A stretch of 64,000 nt of DNA from Candidatus Fermentibacteraceae bacterium (lineage in GTDB: Bacteria; Fermentibacterota; Fermentibacteria; Fermentibacterales; JCC-6), in the NCBI GenBank assembly GCA_041750285.1, contig JBGSZS010000018.1, forward strand, positions 96,001 through 160,000, read 5' to 3'. Under the pieces are notes generated by a model. That model ran no database searches, was not told where the DNA came from, and worked only from the letters and a program-made list of their open reading frames with translations. This document shows positions 1 to 8,924 of this stretch, one piece after another (position 1 is the stretch's first letter; each line of letters opens with the position of its first letter). The position numbers were made by a program, and so were the translations under genes.

Positions 1-1015
1 GTGTGCCGAGGCTGTTCACCGAACCCACCGCAAACACCGAGTCTCCGTCGGAGGGGGCGACGAGGGTGGTGTCTTCCGGGCCGTTGTTGCCCACTGCGTT
101 CACCACGATCAGCCCCCGCGATGCCGCGATGTCGGCCGCCACGGTTGTCACAGCGGTGTTGCCGTCAAGCTGCCAGGGCTCGTACCAGTCGATGTAGCCC
201 AGGCTGCTGCTTACGATTTCAGCGCCGTTCTGTTCGCACCACTCAAGCCCGAAGACCCAGAAGTCCTCCTCCTGCTGGTACTCGTCGCCGGTGTCTTCCG
301 TGCGCGCCAGAAGGAAGGAGGCGTCGGGCGCCCCGCCCACGTAAAGCCCAGGGCTGTCGCCGGCGATGATCGAGAATACAGCGGTTCCATGGATGCCCGT
401 GGTCTCGGAGTCGCCCTCTTCGTAGCCGACATACCCGTCGCCGCCGACGAAATCCCACGTTCCGAGGACCTGGGCGCCGGCGAAGCAGTCGTGGCCGAGT
501 TCGAAACCCGAGTCCAGAACACCCATCACAGTCCCGCCCCCCGTGAACCCCCTCTCGTGAAGCCCCGTGATGCCGGCCTGCTGAAGCTGCCCGAGTGACA
601 GGCCATGGGGGTCGGGCTCGCCGGAGAACTGGGACGGGGTGTACACGGAACGCGCCACGGGCCGCACCGAGGCGACGAAGGGAAGGGCACGCACGGCCGC
701 GAGCGCCCGGTCGTCGAGAACCACGCTGCACGCGTTGAGGTAGCGGGAAACACCCGCTACCGGGGCAAGGGCCTCGGCTGCAACCGTTTCGGTGTATACG
801 TGAAAGGGTTCGAGATCGTAGACATCGGCCTGCAGGGCACCCACGGAAGCCCTTCTTGATGCCGAGGGGCCCTGTGCGATGAGGTCTGACGCGGCTTCCA
901 GCCGGTGCCCGACCATGGGGCCGCGGTCGGAGAAGAAGACCCAGTAGCGCACCGGGGTGCTTCCCGGCGATGCGACCGGGAGAAGGAGCACAAGAGCCGT
1001 TGCCAGGAGCTTCAC
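1..1015 (-). CDS. Secreted subtilisin-like S8 serine peptidase, truncated by the left window edge (not in ORF track)
   Basis: Manual translation from GTG at 1015 gives MKLLATALVLLLPVASPGS...YWVFFSDRG, GVLDSGF (catalytic Asp), IHGTAVFS (catalytic His) and VNAVGNNG (oxyanion Asn); the frame runs off the edge. Confidence 0.85.
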   Translation of the reverse strand, partial: MKLLATALVLLLPVASPGSTPVRYWVFFSDRGPMVGHRLEAASDLIAQGPSASRRASVGALQADVYDLEPFHVYTETVAAEALAPVAGVSRYLNACSVVLDDRALAAVRALPFVASVRPVARSVYTPSQFSGEPDPHGLSLGQLQQAGITGLHERGFTGGGTVMGVLDSGFELGHDCFAGAQVLGTWDFVGGDGYVGYEEGDSETTGIHGTAVFSIIAGDSPGLYVGGAPDASFLLARTEDTGDEYQQEEDFWVFGLEWCEQNGAEIVSSSLGYIDWYEPWQLDGNTAVTTVAADIAASRGLIVVNAVGNNGPEDTTLVAPSDGDSVFAVGSVNSLGT

Positions 1016-1034
1016 GGGGTGCGGGGCTGCCCCG

Positions 1035-1598
1035 TCAGATCTCGGACTCGTCGAACCACTGCCAGATGTACCATTCGCCGTCTTCATCGGGCCTGCAGAT
1101 GAACTGGGCGCTTCCCGAAGCCCTGTATCCCGTCACGCCGCCGGAACCGCCGATGCTGGTGTAGACCTTGAGGTCGAACGTTCGGGGAAGACAGTAGCTT
1201 ATGCCGGAAGGGTCACCCATCCAGGGGTACTCCTGGGTGCCCGTGAAGGTGAGCTCTATGAGCTCGACACCGTTGAACATGGCCTGGTGGAACTCGTCTT
1301 CCTTGTCGAGCCCCCAGTAAGTGTCGATTATGCCGTCGCCGTTGTAGTCATCCCAGTCCTGCTCGAGGAGGTGGAACTCGAAGTCGTCGCGGAAGCACTG
1401 CATGTAATGGTCGTGGTCGCGGTTGACGTAGGCCATCTGAAGGTTTGCGAGAACCTTCCAGGCGCTGTCGGCCGGGCTGTAGAAAAGGGGCGGTTCGGTT
1501 GGGTCGGGGTCGGCATCGGGGCTGAAAAGACAGCCCGTGAGCGCGAGAAAAGCTGATATCGTTATCAGCAGGGGTTTTACCGATGCTCCTGTCTTCAC
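1035..1598 (-). CDS. Hypothetical lipoprotein (possible NTF2/SnoaL-like fold)
   Basis: Lipobox LALTGC; acidic protein with a DYNGDGIID Ca-binding-like loop. Confidence 0.65.
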   Translation of the reverse strand: MKTGASVKPLLITISAFLALTGCLFSPDADPDPTEPPLFYSPADSAWKVLANLQMAYVNRDHDHYMQCFRDDFEFHLLEQDWDDYNGDGIIDTYWGLDKEDEFHQAMFNGVELIELTFTGTQEYPWMGDPSGISYCLPRTFDLKVYTSIGGSGGVTGYRASGSAQFICRPDEDGEWYIWQWFDESEI

Positions 1599-1763
1599 GT
1601 TGGCATCCTTTCATAAAACGGCACGATCCATCGGAAAGATTGCGAGAAACCGGTCTGCCGTCAACCCGTATGGTCCGTGGAATGAGCTTCGCGGCGGCGG
1701 TGTACAACGGTTGAGGCCGTTGACTTGCACGGGCCTTCATTGCAGTTTACCGCGTGAAGGGAA

Positions 1764-3035
1764 TTGCTGTCAGGAGGGATTTTGCTTCAGTTCCTCGCCC
1801 TGCTTCTACTGTCCAGCCCCGCGGGTTCATCCGTGGACGATGCCATTTCACTGTACGAAATGGGGGACATACCGGGCGCCATCCTTCAGCTGGAAGACCT
1901 CCTGAAAAACGGCACGCTCTCCACCGACGAGGAACTCAGGGCGTGGAACCGCCTGGGCAGCGCCTACTACGCCATGGGCAACATCGACAACGCCCGCTAC
2001 GCCTACTCGCGGCTGCTCGTGCTCGATGTCTACTACGACCTCGGCCCCAGGGCCAATCCCAGACTGAGGGAACTCCTTGCACAGGTCCGTGACAGCACCA
2101 TCGCAACGGCAATGGTCCGCAGCGAACCCGGAGGCGCCCTGGTTACGCTCAACGACGACCTGATGGGGGTGACACCCCTTCTGATCGAGGGCCTGGTCGG
2201 CGGCAGGAGCTACAACATAAGCGTGTACCAGGTCGGCTTCGAAACGGAGAGTTACGTCCTCACCGCCCAGCCCGGTTTCAGCCACATGCTGGATTTCGCG
2301 CTCGAAGCCCCCTCGACCACGATGATGGCCTCGGCATCCGACACCGTCGGTTCGCAGGAAGGCGGCACGGTGCTCGTCGCGGGCGGGAGCACCCAGACGA
2401 ACCCCCAGGTTTCCGGCCAGGGTACGGTGTCAAGCGAAGCAACCCAAACCGCAGCCTCCGCCGGAGGTTCGGCCACGGCGCCCAGATCGACAGAAGAGCT
2501 GATCGCCGCCCTTACGCAGAGCGGCCACGGGATAGACATGACCACCATCGCGGGCTCCGGTTCGCTTCAAAGCGAGAATTCCCAGCAGGAAACCGTTTAT
2601 GCCGGTTCTTCCGGCTCTTCCTCCCTGATCGGGCTTGCAGAAAGCGGCCTGCCCGTACGCGCCGAACAGACGGTCGGTCATGTGATGGTCTTCTCCGACG
2701 TCGGACAGCAGACCGTCGAATCGGCCACCCAGGGAGGCGGGTACTCGTCCAGGTCCGGCGACGAAATCATGGAGGTCCTTGCCACGAAGCAGGACCAGAT
2801 CCGCTACATCTTCAACAAGCACCTTCGCACGGATCCGCTGCTTTCGGGCACCGTCGAGGTGGAAATGCTCATCCAGCCCAGCGGCAGGGTCACCGATGTC
2901 GCCATCCTCAACTCTACCATGTACAACCAGGCCTTCGAACTCGAACTGACGCGGGCCATAGGCACCTGGCGCTTCGGCAGCGTCGACGAGAACGAGGGTC
3001 CCCTTGTTCTGCAGTTCCCCTTCAATTTTCAGTAG
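1764..3035 (+). CDS. Exported TPR + PEGA + TonB C-terminal-like (AgmX/PglI C-terminal) protein
   Basis: Signal peptide; TPR (AWNRLGSAYYAMGNIDNA); PEGA (VRSEPGGALVTLND..MGVTPL); Ser/Thr/Gly-rich linker; C-terminal LSGTVEVEMLIQPSGRV...WRF...FPFNF. Confidence 0.7.
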   Translation: MLSGGILLQFLALLLLSSPAGSSVDDAISLYEMGDIPGAILQLEDLLKNGTLSTDEELRAWNRLGSAYYAMGNIDNARYAYSRLLVLDVYYDLGPRANPRLRELLAQVRDSTIATAMVRSEPGGALVTLNDDLMGVTPLLIEGLVGGRSYNISVYQVGFETESYVLTAQPGFSHMLDFALEAPSTTMMASASDTVGSQEGGTVLVAGGSTQTNPQVSGQGTVSSEATQTAASAGGSATAPRSTEELIAALTQSGHGIDMTTIAGSGSLQSENSQQETVYAGSSGSSSLIGLAESGLPVRAEQTVGHVMVFSDVGQQTVESATQGGGYSSRSGDEIMEVLATKQDQIRYIFNKHLRTDPLLSGTVEVEMLIQPSGRVTDVAILNSTMYNQAFELELTRAIGTWRFGSVDENEGPLVLQFPFNFQ

Positions 3036-3085
3036 TCAGGGCTCAGTCCCTTTGCACGGTTCGGCACTCCGGGGAGGAGATTTGA

Positions 3086-3688
3086 ATGAGTGAGACGGTT
3101 CAGGATATCCTGCGAACGTGCGATGCCCTTCTCGAAGGGCATTTTCGGTATACATCGGGCAGGCACGGCAGGGTCTACTTCGAGAAGATAAGGATCGCGG
3201 CGCGGCCCGACCTGGTCATGGAACTTGGAAAGATGACGGCGGAGCTGTGGCGCGGCGACAGATTCGACCTTGTCTGCGCCCCGGCCTTCGGAGCCATAGT
3301 GTTCGGTTTTGCAACGGCCCACTGCGCGGGAAGGTCGTTCGCGTTCCTTCAGCGTGACCCGGCGGGCGGCATGACCGTGAGGCCCGGTTTCCAGTCGCTC
3401 GTGGAAGGCTCGAGGGTCCTTCTTGTCGAGGACGTGGTGACCACCGGGGGCAGCGTCATGGAATCCATCGAGGCACTCGAAAATGCGGGAGCCACCGTCA
3501 TGGGGGTTTCCCTGCTCGTCGACCGCACCGGCGGCGCCTTCAACCCGGGCGTTCCGTGCAGGTCGCTCCTTTCGGTCAGCGCGGAGAGCTGGCCTCCCGA
3601 GGAGTGTCCGATGTGCGCGGCGGGGATCCCGGTGGCGGTTCCGGGGTCGTCGGGAAAGCCCCAGGGCTCTCCGCGGGGTTCTGATTGA
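3086..3688 (+). CDS. pyrE: Orotate phosphoribosyltransferase
   Basis: LLEGHFRYTSGRH motif and PRPP-binding VLLVEDVVTTGGS. Confidence 0.9.
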   Translation: MSETVQDILRTCDALLEGHFRYTSGRHGRVYFEKIRIAARPDLVMELGKMTAELWRGDRFDLVCAPAFGAIVFGFATAHCAGRSFAFLQRDPAGGMTVRPGFQSLVEGSRVLLVEDVVTTGGSVMESIEALENAGATVMGVSLLVDRTGGAFNPGVPCRSLLSVSAESWPPEECPMCAAGIPVAVPGSSGKPQGSPRGSD

Positions 3689-4535
3689 AGAAACGGCTTA
3701 ACTGAGTGTAGAGCTCGGGCGCTCTTTCCCTCATCTGAAGCGGCTTCTCGAAGAAGTACTCGACCGCGCAGGCAAAGAACTCGGCGGGATTGGTTCCGGC
3801 GTAGTTCCTCAGGAAAGACCTTCCGCGGTGAACCTTCTCGAACTCCCTCTGCATGACGGTCACCCAGGGCCTGTACGAGCCGAGGTCGAGCTCTCCTGGC
3901 ACACCGTCGGGTCTTGCGCCGTCCAGAACGTGGGCGAACTCGTGATAACCCACGTTGAAACCGTCGTTGTCGGCTTCGAAACCCCTCAAGAGGTGGGGAA
4001 GCGACAGGATGACGCCGCCCTGAGAGTGCATCATGCCCGCCGCCTGCGCATCGGCGGCATTCACCGAATAGTTGCCGTCAGCGGTGAAGGCTCCGGGGTA
4101 GACCAGTATCTCCCCGAAATCGTGAAACTCCCAGGCGGGGCGGCGGAAAACAAGCCTGATCGCCGTGGCCGCCACCAGCACCCTGATCGCCGGCGTCACG
4201 GTGACACCGGCAACCCCGGTGATCCTGTGTTCGCGCAGGAAGACGGCGGTCTGGGTCTCGTAGTCGGCCTTGTCGGCTGGAGAAAGGGCCTTGTAGAAGG
4301 AAACCTTCTCCGAAAGGACCTTCCTGAGTTCAGGATCGAGCCCCGCGGCCATGATGGCCCGGCGGATCCCGTACTTCCGTAGGAAGAGGAGGAACCAGAC
4401 CGCACCGGCCCCCCAGATGACCGGAATCAGCCAGAGCACCGCACCCCTGGAAAGGGGCGGAAGCGAAAGGAGAAGGCAGAGCCCGGCCGTTGCCAGAGCC
4501 CTGCCTTGAATACGTTTCCGGGGAAAGACCTGCAC
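3576..4535 (-). CDS. Zinc-dependent peptidase, MtfA/M90 family, with N-terminal membrane segments
   Basis: DGFNVGYHEFAHVLD, YAGTNPAEFFACAVEYFFEKP, ILVYP. Confidence 0.8.
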   Translation of the reverse strand: MQVFPRKRIQGRALATAGLCLLLSLPPLSRGAVLWLIPVIWGAGAVWFLLFLRKYGIRRAIMAAGLDPELRKVLSEKVSFYKALSPADKADYETQTAVFLREHRITGVAGVTVTPAIRVLVAATAIRLVFRRPAWEFHDFGEILVYPGAFTADGNYSVNAADAQAAGMMHSQGGVILSLPHLLRGFEADNDGFNVGYHEFAHVLDGARPDGVPGELDLGSYRPWVTVMQREFEKVHRGRSFLRNYAGTNPAEFFACAVEYFFEKPLQMRERAPELYTQLSRFFNQNPAESPGAFPTTPEPPPGSPPRTSDTPREASSPR

Positions 4536-4538
4536 GGG

Positions 4539-5102
4539 TTAACCGTTCACGAAGGTCCGTTCCACCATTATCCGCTTGATCTCGGCCTTGAAGATTTCAC
4601 GATCGACGAGCTCGCTTTTAAGCTCGCCCTTGGCCTCCCTGAGCTGGCGTCTCTCGAGTTTGAAGGTCCTGAACGCCTTGCGGTAAGAGTCACGGGCGGC
4701 GTTGATCTGCTCGGGGTCGGCCTTCTCGTCCCTGGTGAGGTTGTCCAGGGCTTCACGGGCCTTCTGAAAGGCCTCGCGGGCGGCTTCGGCTTCGCGGGTC
4801 TCGTCCTGAACCTCGGCCTTGAACTGGGCGATCTCGGTTTCGCTGAACTTCATCTCGGACTGGATGCGGGTTTCAAGATCGTTGAGGATCGGGGCGATGT
4901 ACTCCCTGAGGTCGTTGACGTATTCGGCGTAACGGGCCACCGTTTCGGTGAGCTTCCGGCTGCGGCGGGTGTTCCTGAGGTCGTGAAGCCTTTCCTGCCA
5001 CAGATGAAGCTGTGTGAGGCTTCTGCTGAGTTCACCCCTCAGGGCGTTCTTCATGTGAATATCCGTCTTGAGACGGCGCTCCTCGGCGGTGCGGTTGTTC
5101 AT
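4539..5102 (-). CDS. Hypothetical coiled-coil protein (start revised to ATG 5102)
   Basis: Charged helical heptads; GAGGA RBS upstream; TTGACA-17-CATAAA promoter-like sequence near 5158-5186. Confidence 0.6.
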   Translation of the reverse strand: MNNRTAEERRLKTDIHMKNALRGELSRSLTQLHLWQERLHDLRNTRRSRKLTETVARYAEYVNDLREYIAPILNDLETRIQSEMKFSETEIAQFKAEVQDETREAEAAREAFQKAREALDNLTRDEKADPEQINAARDSYRKAFRTFKLERRQLREAKGELKSELVDREIFKAEIKRIMVERTFVNG

Positions 5103-5182
5103 TCCATCCTCTTTCCGGCACTTTTTCGCTGTAGTTTTCGCGGGAACAGACCGGCGGTTTATGTGAAGCCCGAAGCCATCTG

Positions 5183-5698
5183 TCAAGGCTCCAAGCGTTT
5201 CTGAAGACCGGGGTAGCCCTCGGTGATGCCCTCTTCCGGCGCGAAACCAAGCCTTGCCGCGGCGGTCATGACCTCTTCGGGGCTTCCGCCCTCGAGTTCC
5301 AGGAAGAGGCCGAAGGACAGTGTGTCCAGACACGCTGTTACCCCGCAGGGAAGGCGCCATGTCTCCCGGTGCTTGAGGTACTCCCCGGCACGAACGTAGC
5401 CAAGTGCCCCGAGCAGGGCCTCGGCTTCGGGGAGCCCCGTGCCGAGAACCGTCTCGTGTTCCCTGCGTCCCTTCACCCCGCTGACGGTGATGTGCTTCTT
5501 CACTGTCAGGATGACGTCATCACCCCATTGACGGAGCCTCAGCAGAACCCCCCCCTTCCTGAGGGATCCATCGGGCGTATCGAAAAGCAGGTTCCTCTCG
5601 TCGCCCGATTCGAGGAAACTTGCTCCCGCGTCACCGAAGACCTGCAGCAGGTCTTCAAAGCCGGTCACACTGAACTTCAGCTCGTACTCGTCCCTCAT
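5183..5698 (-). CDS. CYTH domain protein (class IV adenylate cyclase / triphosphate tunnel family)
   Basis: N-terminal EYELKF (ExExK), LRLR, LTVK, REHE, KHRETW, FLELE. Confidence 0.85.
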   Translation of the reverse strand: MRDEYELKFSVTGFEDLLQVFGDAGASFLESGDERNLLFDTPDGSLRKGGVLLRLRQWGDDVILTVKKHITVSGVKGRREHETVLGTGLPEAEALLGALGYVRAGEYLKHRETWRLPCGVTACLDTLSFGLFLELEGGSPEEVMTAAARLGFAPEEGITEGYPGLQKRLEP

Positions 5699-5714
5699 CC
5701 GGGCCTCCCCTGCT

Positions 5715-5743
5715 TTGACCTTTCGCCGGCCATAGGGTAGATT
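5715..5743 (+). promoter_or_regulatory. sigma70-like promoter for tRNA-Ser/groES-like gene
   Basis: TTGACC (5715-5720), 17 nt spacer, TAGATT (5738-5743), 10 nt upstream of the tRNA. Confidence 0.6.
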
Positions 5744-5753
5744 TCCATCGCGC

Positions 5754-5838
5754 GGAGGACTAGTCTAATCGGTAAGGCAGCGGACTTGAAATCCGCCGGG
5801 CTATGCCCATCGGGGTTCGAGTCCCCGGTCCTCCGCCA
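5754..5838 (+). tRNA. tRNA-Ser (anticodon TGA)
   Basis: Acceptor stem GGAGGAC/GTCCTCC, anticodon arm GCGGA-CTTGAAA-TCCGC, variable arm GGGC-TAT-GCCC, T arm CGGGG-TTCGAGT-CCCCG, G discriminator, encoded CCA. Confidence 0.92.
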
Positions 5839-5866
5839 GCACAAACAAAGGGAATATGCGGTTTCC

Positions 5867-6256
5867 ATGTACCTTGGTGACAAACAGCTCATCGTAACGG
5901 GAGACAGGGTCCTCGTAAGCCCTCCCACGGCGGGAATGCGTACCGATTCGGGGCTCTACCTGCCCGATTCCGCGCAGGACAGCCGCAAGGTTTCGGGCGG
6001 CTGGGTCGAGGCGGTGGGTCCGGGCTATCCCCTGGCCCCTGGTTCGGACCCGTCCGAGAACGAACCCTGGCGGCCGGTCAAGGCGTCCGAGGTCAGGTTC
6101 ATGCCGCTTCAGGTGGAAAAGGGTGATTTCGTCCTGTACGTGCTGAACTCGGCGTTCGAGATCCATCTGGAAGGCGCGAAGTACTTCGTGGTCCCCAACA
6201 GCTCGATTCTCGCCATCCTGAGGAACACACTCGACATCGAGGGTGCCGAAGGCTGA
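5867..6256 (+). CDS. GroES/Cpn10-family co-chaperonin-like protein (start revised to ATG 5867)
   Basis: GDRVLV, TDSGLYLPDSA, GWVEAVGPG, VEKGDFVLY, SILAIL. Confidence 0.8.
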   Translation: MYLGDKQLIVTGDRVLVSPPTAGMRTDSGLYLPDSAQDSRKVSGGWVEAVGPGYPLAPGSDPSENEPWRPVKASEVRFMPLQVEKGDFVLYVLNSAFEIHLEGAKYFVVPNSSILAILRNTLDIEGAEG

Positions 6257-6266
6257 ACCCCGCCCG

Positions 6267-6749
6267 TCAGAACAGCATGTAGAGAAGGCTCGAGTCGGCT
6301 ATCCGCCAGTCACTGTCCTCCCATACCATCCTGAATGAAACCGCTGCCCCTTCCTGAAACTCCAGCACGACAGTTGCGCTTCGACCCTCGAGGACGGCGT
6401 TTTCCATGACTATCCGGCCGGTGTCGGGAAAGACCCGTCCTTCGAGAAGCCTGCCAACGATCGACTCGAGCGGGAGTTCGGCGATGTCGGAAGGTGAGAG
6501 CCTGTCACCGAACCTGGAAAGGGCCGCTTCCAGCATGCCCGGGTTTTCCGCTCCCAGTACTGCGAGCTGCCCGAACACGTCCTGAAGCCTCTGGCGAAGG
6601 TCCCGGGAGAGAAGGGCGGTAACGGCCTGGCCGTCGGCCCTTTCAAGTGCCAGTAGAAAGTCGAGGGATGTGTCGATGGGGTCGGCCGTAACGACGAGCA
6701 ACTGACCGCAGACCAGAAGGGCCAGGAAGAACGGTCTTGGGGAGATCAC
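6267..6749 (-). CDS. Hypothetical exported protein
   Basis: Signal-peptide-like N-terminus; C-terminal FRMVWEDSDWRI (NTF2-like). Confidence 0.6.
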   Translation of the reverse strand: MISPRPFFLALLVCGQLLVVTADPIDTSLDFLLALERADGQAVTALLSRDLRQRLQDVFGQLAVLGAENPGMLEAALSRFGDRLSPSDIAELPLESIVGRLLEGRVFPDTGRIVMENAVLEGRSATVVLEFQEGAAVSFRMVWEDSDWRIADSSLLYMLF

Positions 6750-6763
6750 CGGCTGCAGTCCTT

Positions 6764-7726
6764 TCAGGCGAGGGAGCAGGAGATCCAGGTTCTTCCGCTC
6801 CTGTAGACCTCGATGTGAACCGGCCCCGGGGAAACCCTGAATTCGTGGCTTCCCGCCCCGAGAAGCCCTGTGTGCACCGGGGGTCCGAACCCGTCAAGAA
6901 GTGCTATCCACCCCTCCCCCGGAAGTTCCAGCCTCAGAAGCCCCGGCTGACGGCTCGCCCGGAAACCGCGGGCATCGCCGGCCAGGGCATTGCTTACAAA
7001 GCATCTGCCCCCGGCAAGGGCTTCGGCAAGCTGGGACGGGTCGTCGAGGGGACGGTCGAGCAGCAGATGCGTTCGCACCCTTCCGAAGAGGAAACCGTAG
7101 GGGAAGACCCTTCGGAAAAGTATCGTGTGCCCGTGTGCGTCCGCCCCGCCAACAGCGCAACCCCCGAGCCGGAACCAGAAATTCACGGCTTCACGGTTCG
7201 GGTGTTTCACGAAGGCATCGGGGTCGGCAATGCGTTTCCCTATGGTCAGAGGTGAAACTCCCCCCTTCCATGAGCTCATCCAGTTCCAGACCTCGACGCC
7301 GTCGAGCAGCGGGTTCTCGCCGAGGCTCCACGGGTAGCCCTCGAAAAACGGAATAAGGGGGCTTCTTTCCCTGGGATGTGCCACGACCGCCACTGCGCCC
7401 TGCGCCTTCACGTCTTCGAGCTGGTCGAGAATGTGTCTGCCGGGGTTGAGGTGTCCGGCTCCGAACACGAGAAGGTGGCTCTTCCGGTTCGTGTGCTGAA
7501 GCTCGGCGCCAACTATCGACAGCACGCTGCCGTGCCTTGTGCCGTGCCAGCCCTCGTGAGCAAGGGCGAGCGTGTTGTGGTCGTTGAAGCAAAGGTAATC
7601 GAGACCCGCGGCGTCGGCCTGGTCAAGGATCGGTCCGGGTTCCATGCGGCCGTCGGAGCGGGTCGTGTGCACATGGATCACTCCGACCGCCTCGAAGACC
7701 GGAGCGGCCGGCACGGGAAGACTCAC
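6764..7726 (-). CDS. PHP-domain metallohydrolase
   Basis: HVHTTRSDG, NDHN, GAE, VAHP, GVEVWN, GGADAH. Confidence 0.85.
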   Translation of the reverse strand: MSLPVPAAPVFEAVGVIHVHTTRSDGRMEPGPILDQADAAGLDYLCFNDHNTLALAHEGWHGTRHGSVLSIVGAELQHTNRKSHLLVFGAGHLNPGRHILDQLEDVKAQGAVAVVAHPRERSPLIPFFEGYPWSLGENPLLDGVEVWNWMSSWKGGVSPLTIGKRIADPDAFVKHPNREAVNFWFRLGGCAVGGADAHGHTILFRRVFPYGFLFGRVRTHLLLDRPLDDPSQLAEALAGGRCFVSNALAGDARGFRASRQPGLLRLELPGEGWIALLDGFGPPVHTGLLGAGSHEFRVSPGPVHIEVYRSGRTWISCSLA

Positions 7727-7730
7727 TGTG

Positions 7731-8924
7731 TCAGCTCCTGCGCCGCTTGATCTCGCTGATCAGGGCGGGGATGACCTCGAAAAGGTCACCGACGAACCCG
7801 TGGGTGGCGAAGGTGAATATCGGGGCGTCGGGGTCGCGGTTCACTGCGAATATCTCGTCGGATGACTGCATTCCCACGCGATGCTGTACGGCGCCGCTGA
7901 TGCCCACGGCGATGTACCTTTTGGGCTGCACCGTCTTGCCGGTCTGGCCGACCTGCCTGGGATAGGGAATCCAGCCCGAATCCACCGCCGCGCGGCTTGC
8001 GCCCACGCTCCCCCCCAGAAGCCCGGCCAGCTCGTGAAGCATGTCGTAGTTCTCGGGACCCTTCATGCCACGGCCTCCCGAAACGATCACCCCGGCTTCG
8101 GTCAGGTCCACTTCGGTGCCGCCCGATGGAACGAACTCCTCCAGAACGGTCCTGCTTGCTGTCATGGAGTCGCAAACCTCGAGATGCTCGACAGGTCCGG
8201 TGCGGGAGGCGTCGGGTTCGAGCTTCTTCATGACGCCGGGCCTCACCGTGGACATCTGGGGGCGGGTACGGTCACATACTATGGTGGCCATAATGTTGCC
8301 ACCGAAGGCTGGCCTGGTCTGCATCAAAAGGCCGGTTGAGGGATCTATCGCCAGTTCGGTGCAGTCAGCCGTGAGACCCGTGTCGAGAAGCTTCGCCACC
8401 CTGGGCATGAGGTCGCGGCCCTGTGTGGTTGCCGCAGCCAGAACGATCTCGGGTCTGTCGGTGCGGACCGCATGCAGCAGAACTGCAGCGTAAGGCTCGG
8501 TCAGGTAGTGCGCAAGCGCGGGATGGGAGGCGGAGAGGACCCTGTCGGCCCCGTACTGGATGAGCGTGCCGGGAATGTCGGATGGTTCGGCGCAGACAAG
8601 AAGGGCCGTGACCCTTCTGTCTTCTCCCGCAAGCCTGCGGGCCTCGCCCAGAAGCTCGAGGGTGCTGCGGTCCGGCCGGCCGTCCCTCAGTTCGACGACC
8701 ACCATTATTCCCGTAAAGCCCTCGAGACCGCTTGCACCGCCGATCACGTGATGAAGAACGATGGCGTCGAACGGACACGAGTTGACGCACAAGCCGCAGA
8801 GACTGCACGCCGGGGATGCCACCGCCTTCCCGCCATCGAGTGAAAGCGCGCCCAGGGGGCAGCTGGAAAGGCAGGCGCCGCACCCCACGCATTTGTCGGA
8901 AAGGATTTCGAGCCTTGATGTCAT
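7731..8924 (-). CDS. etfA: Electron transfer flavoprotein alpha subunit with N-terminal 2x[4Fe-4S] ferredoxin domain (start revised to ATG 8924)
   Basis: CVGCGACLSSCP and CSLCGLCVNSCP; GLTADC, RPAFGGN, QVGQTGKTV, GISGAVQH; ATGA overlap with etfB. Confidence 0.93.
   Translation of the reverse strand: MTSRLEILSDKCVGCGACLSSCPLGALSLDGGKAVASPACSLCGLCVNSCPFDAIVLHHVIGGASGLEGFTGIMVVVELRDGRPDRSTLELLGEARRLAGEDRRVTALLVCAEPSDIPGTLIQYGADRVLSASHPALAHYLTEPYAAVLLHAVRTDRPEIVLAAATTQGRDLMPRVAKLLDTGLTADCTELAIDPSTGLLMQTRPAFGGNIMATIVCDRTRPQMSTVRPGVMKKLEPDASRTGPVEHLEVCDSMTASRTVLEEFVPSGGTEVDLTEAGVIVSGGRGMKGPENYDMLHELAGLLGGSVGASRAAVDSGWIPYPRQVGQTGKTVQPKRYIAVGISGAVQHRVGMQSSDEIFAVNRDPDAPIFTFATHGFVGDLFEVIPALISEIKRRRS

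Noticed and set aside
211..993. Three same-frame minus ORFs (757-993, 526-753, 211-522) suggesting a pseudogene or stop-codon readthrough
   Set aside because: The real S8 peptidase lies in a different minus frame (start 1015) that runs off the edge; these three are shadow ORFs.
5754..5838. Possible tRNA-Sec or suppressor tRNA because of 'TGA' and the long variable arm
   Set aside because: Anticodon TGA reads UCA (Ser); tRNA-Sec needs anticodon TCA and an 8-bp acceptor stem.
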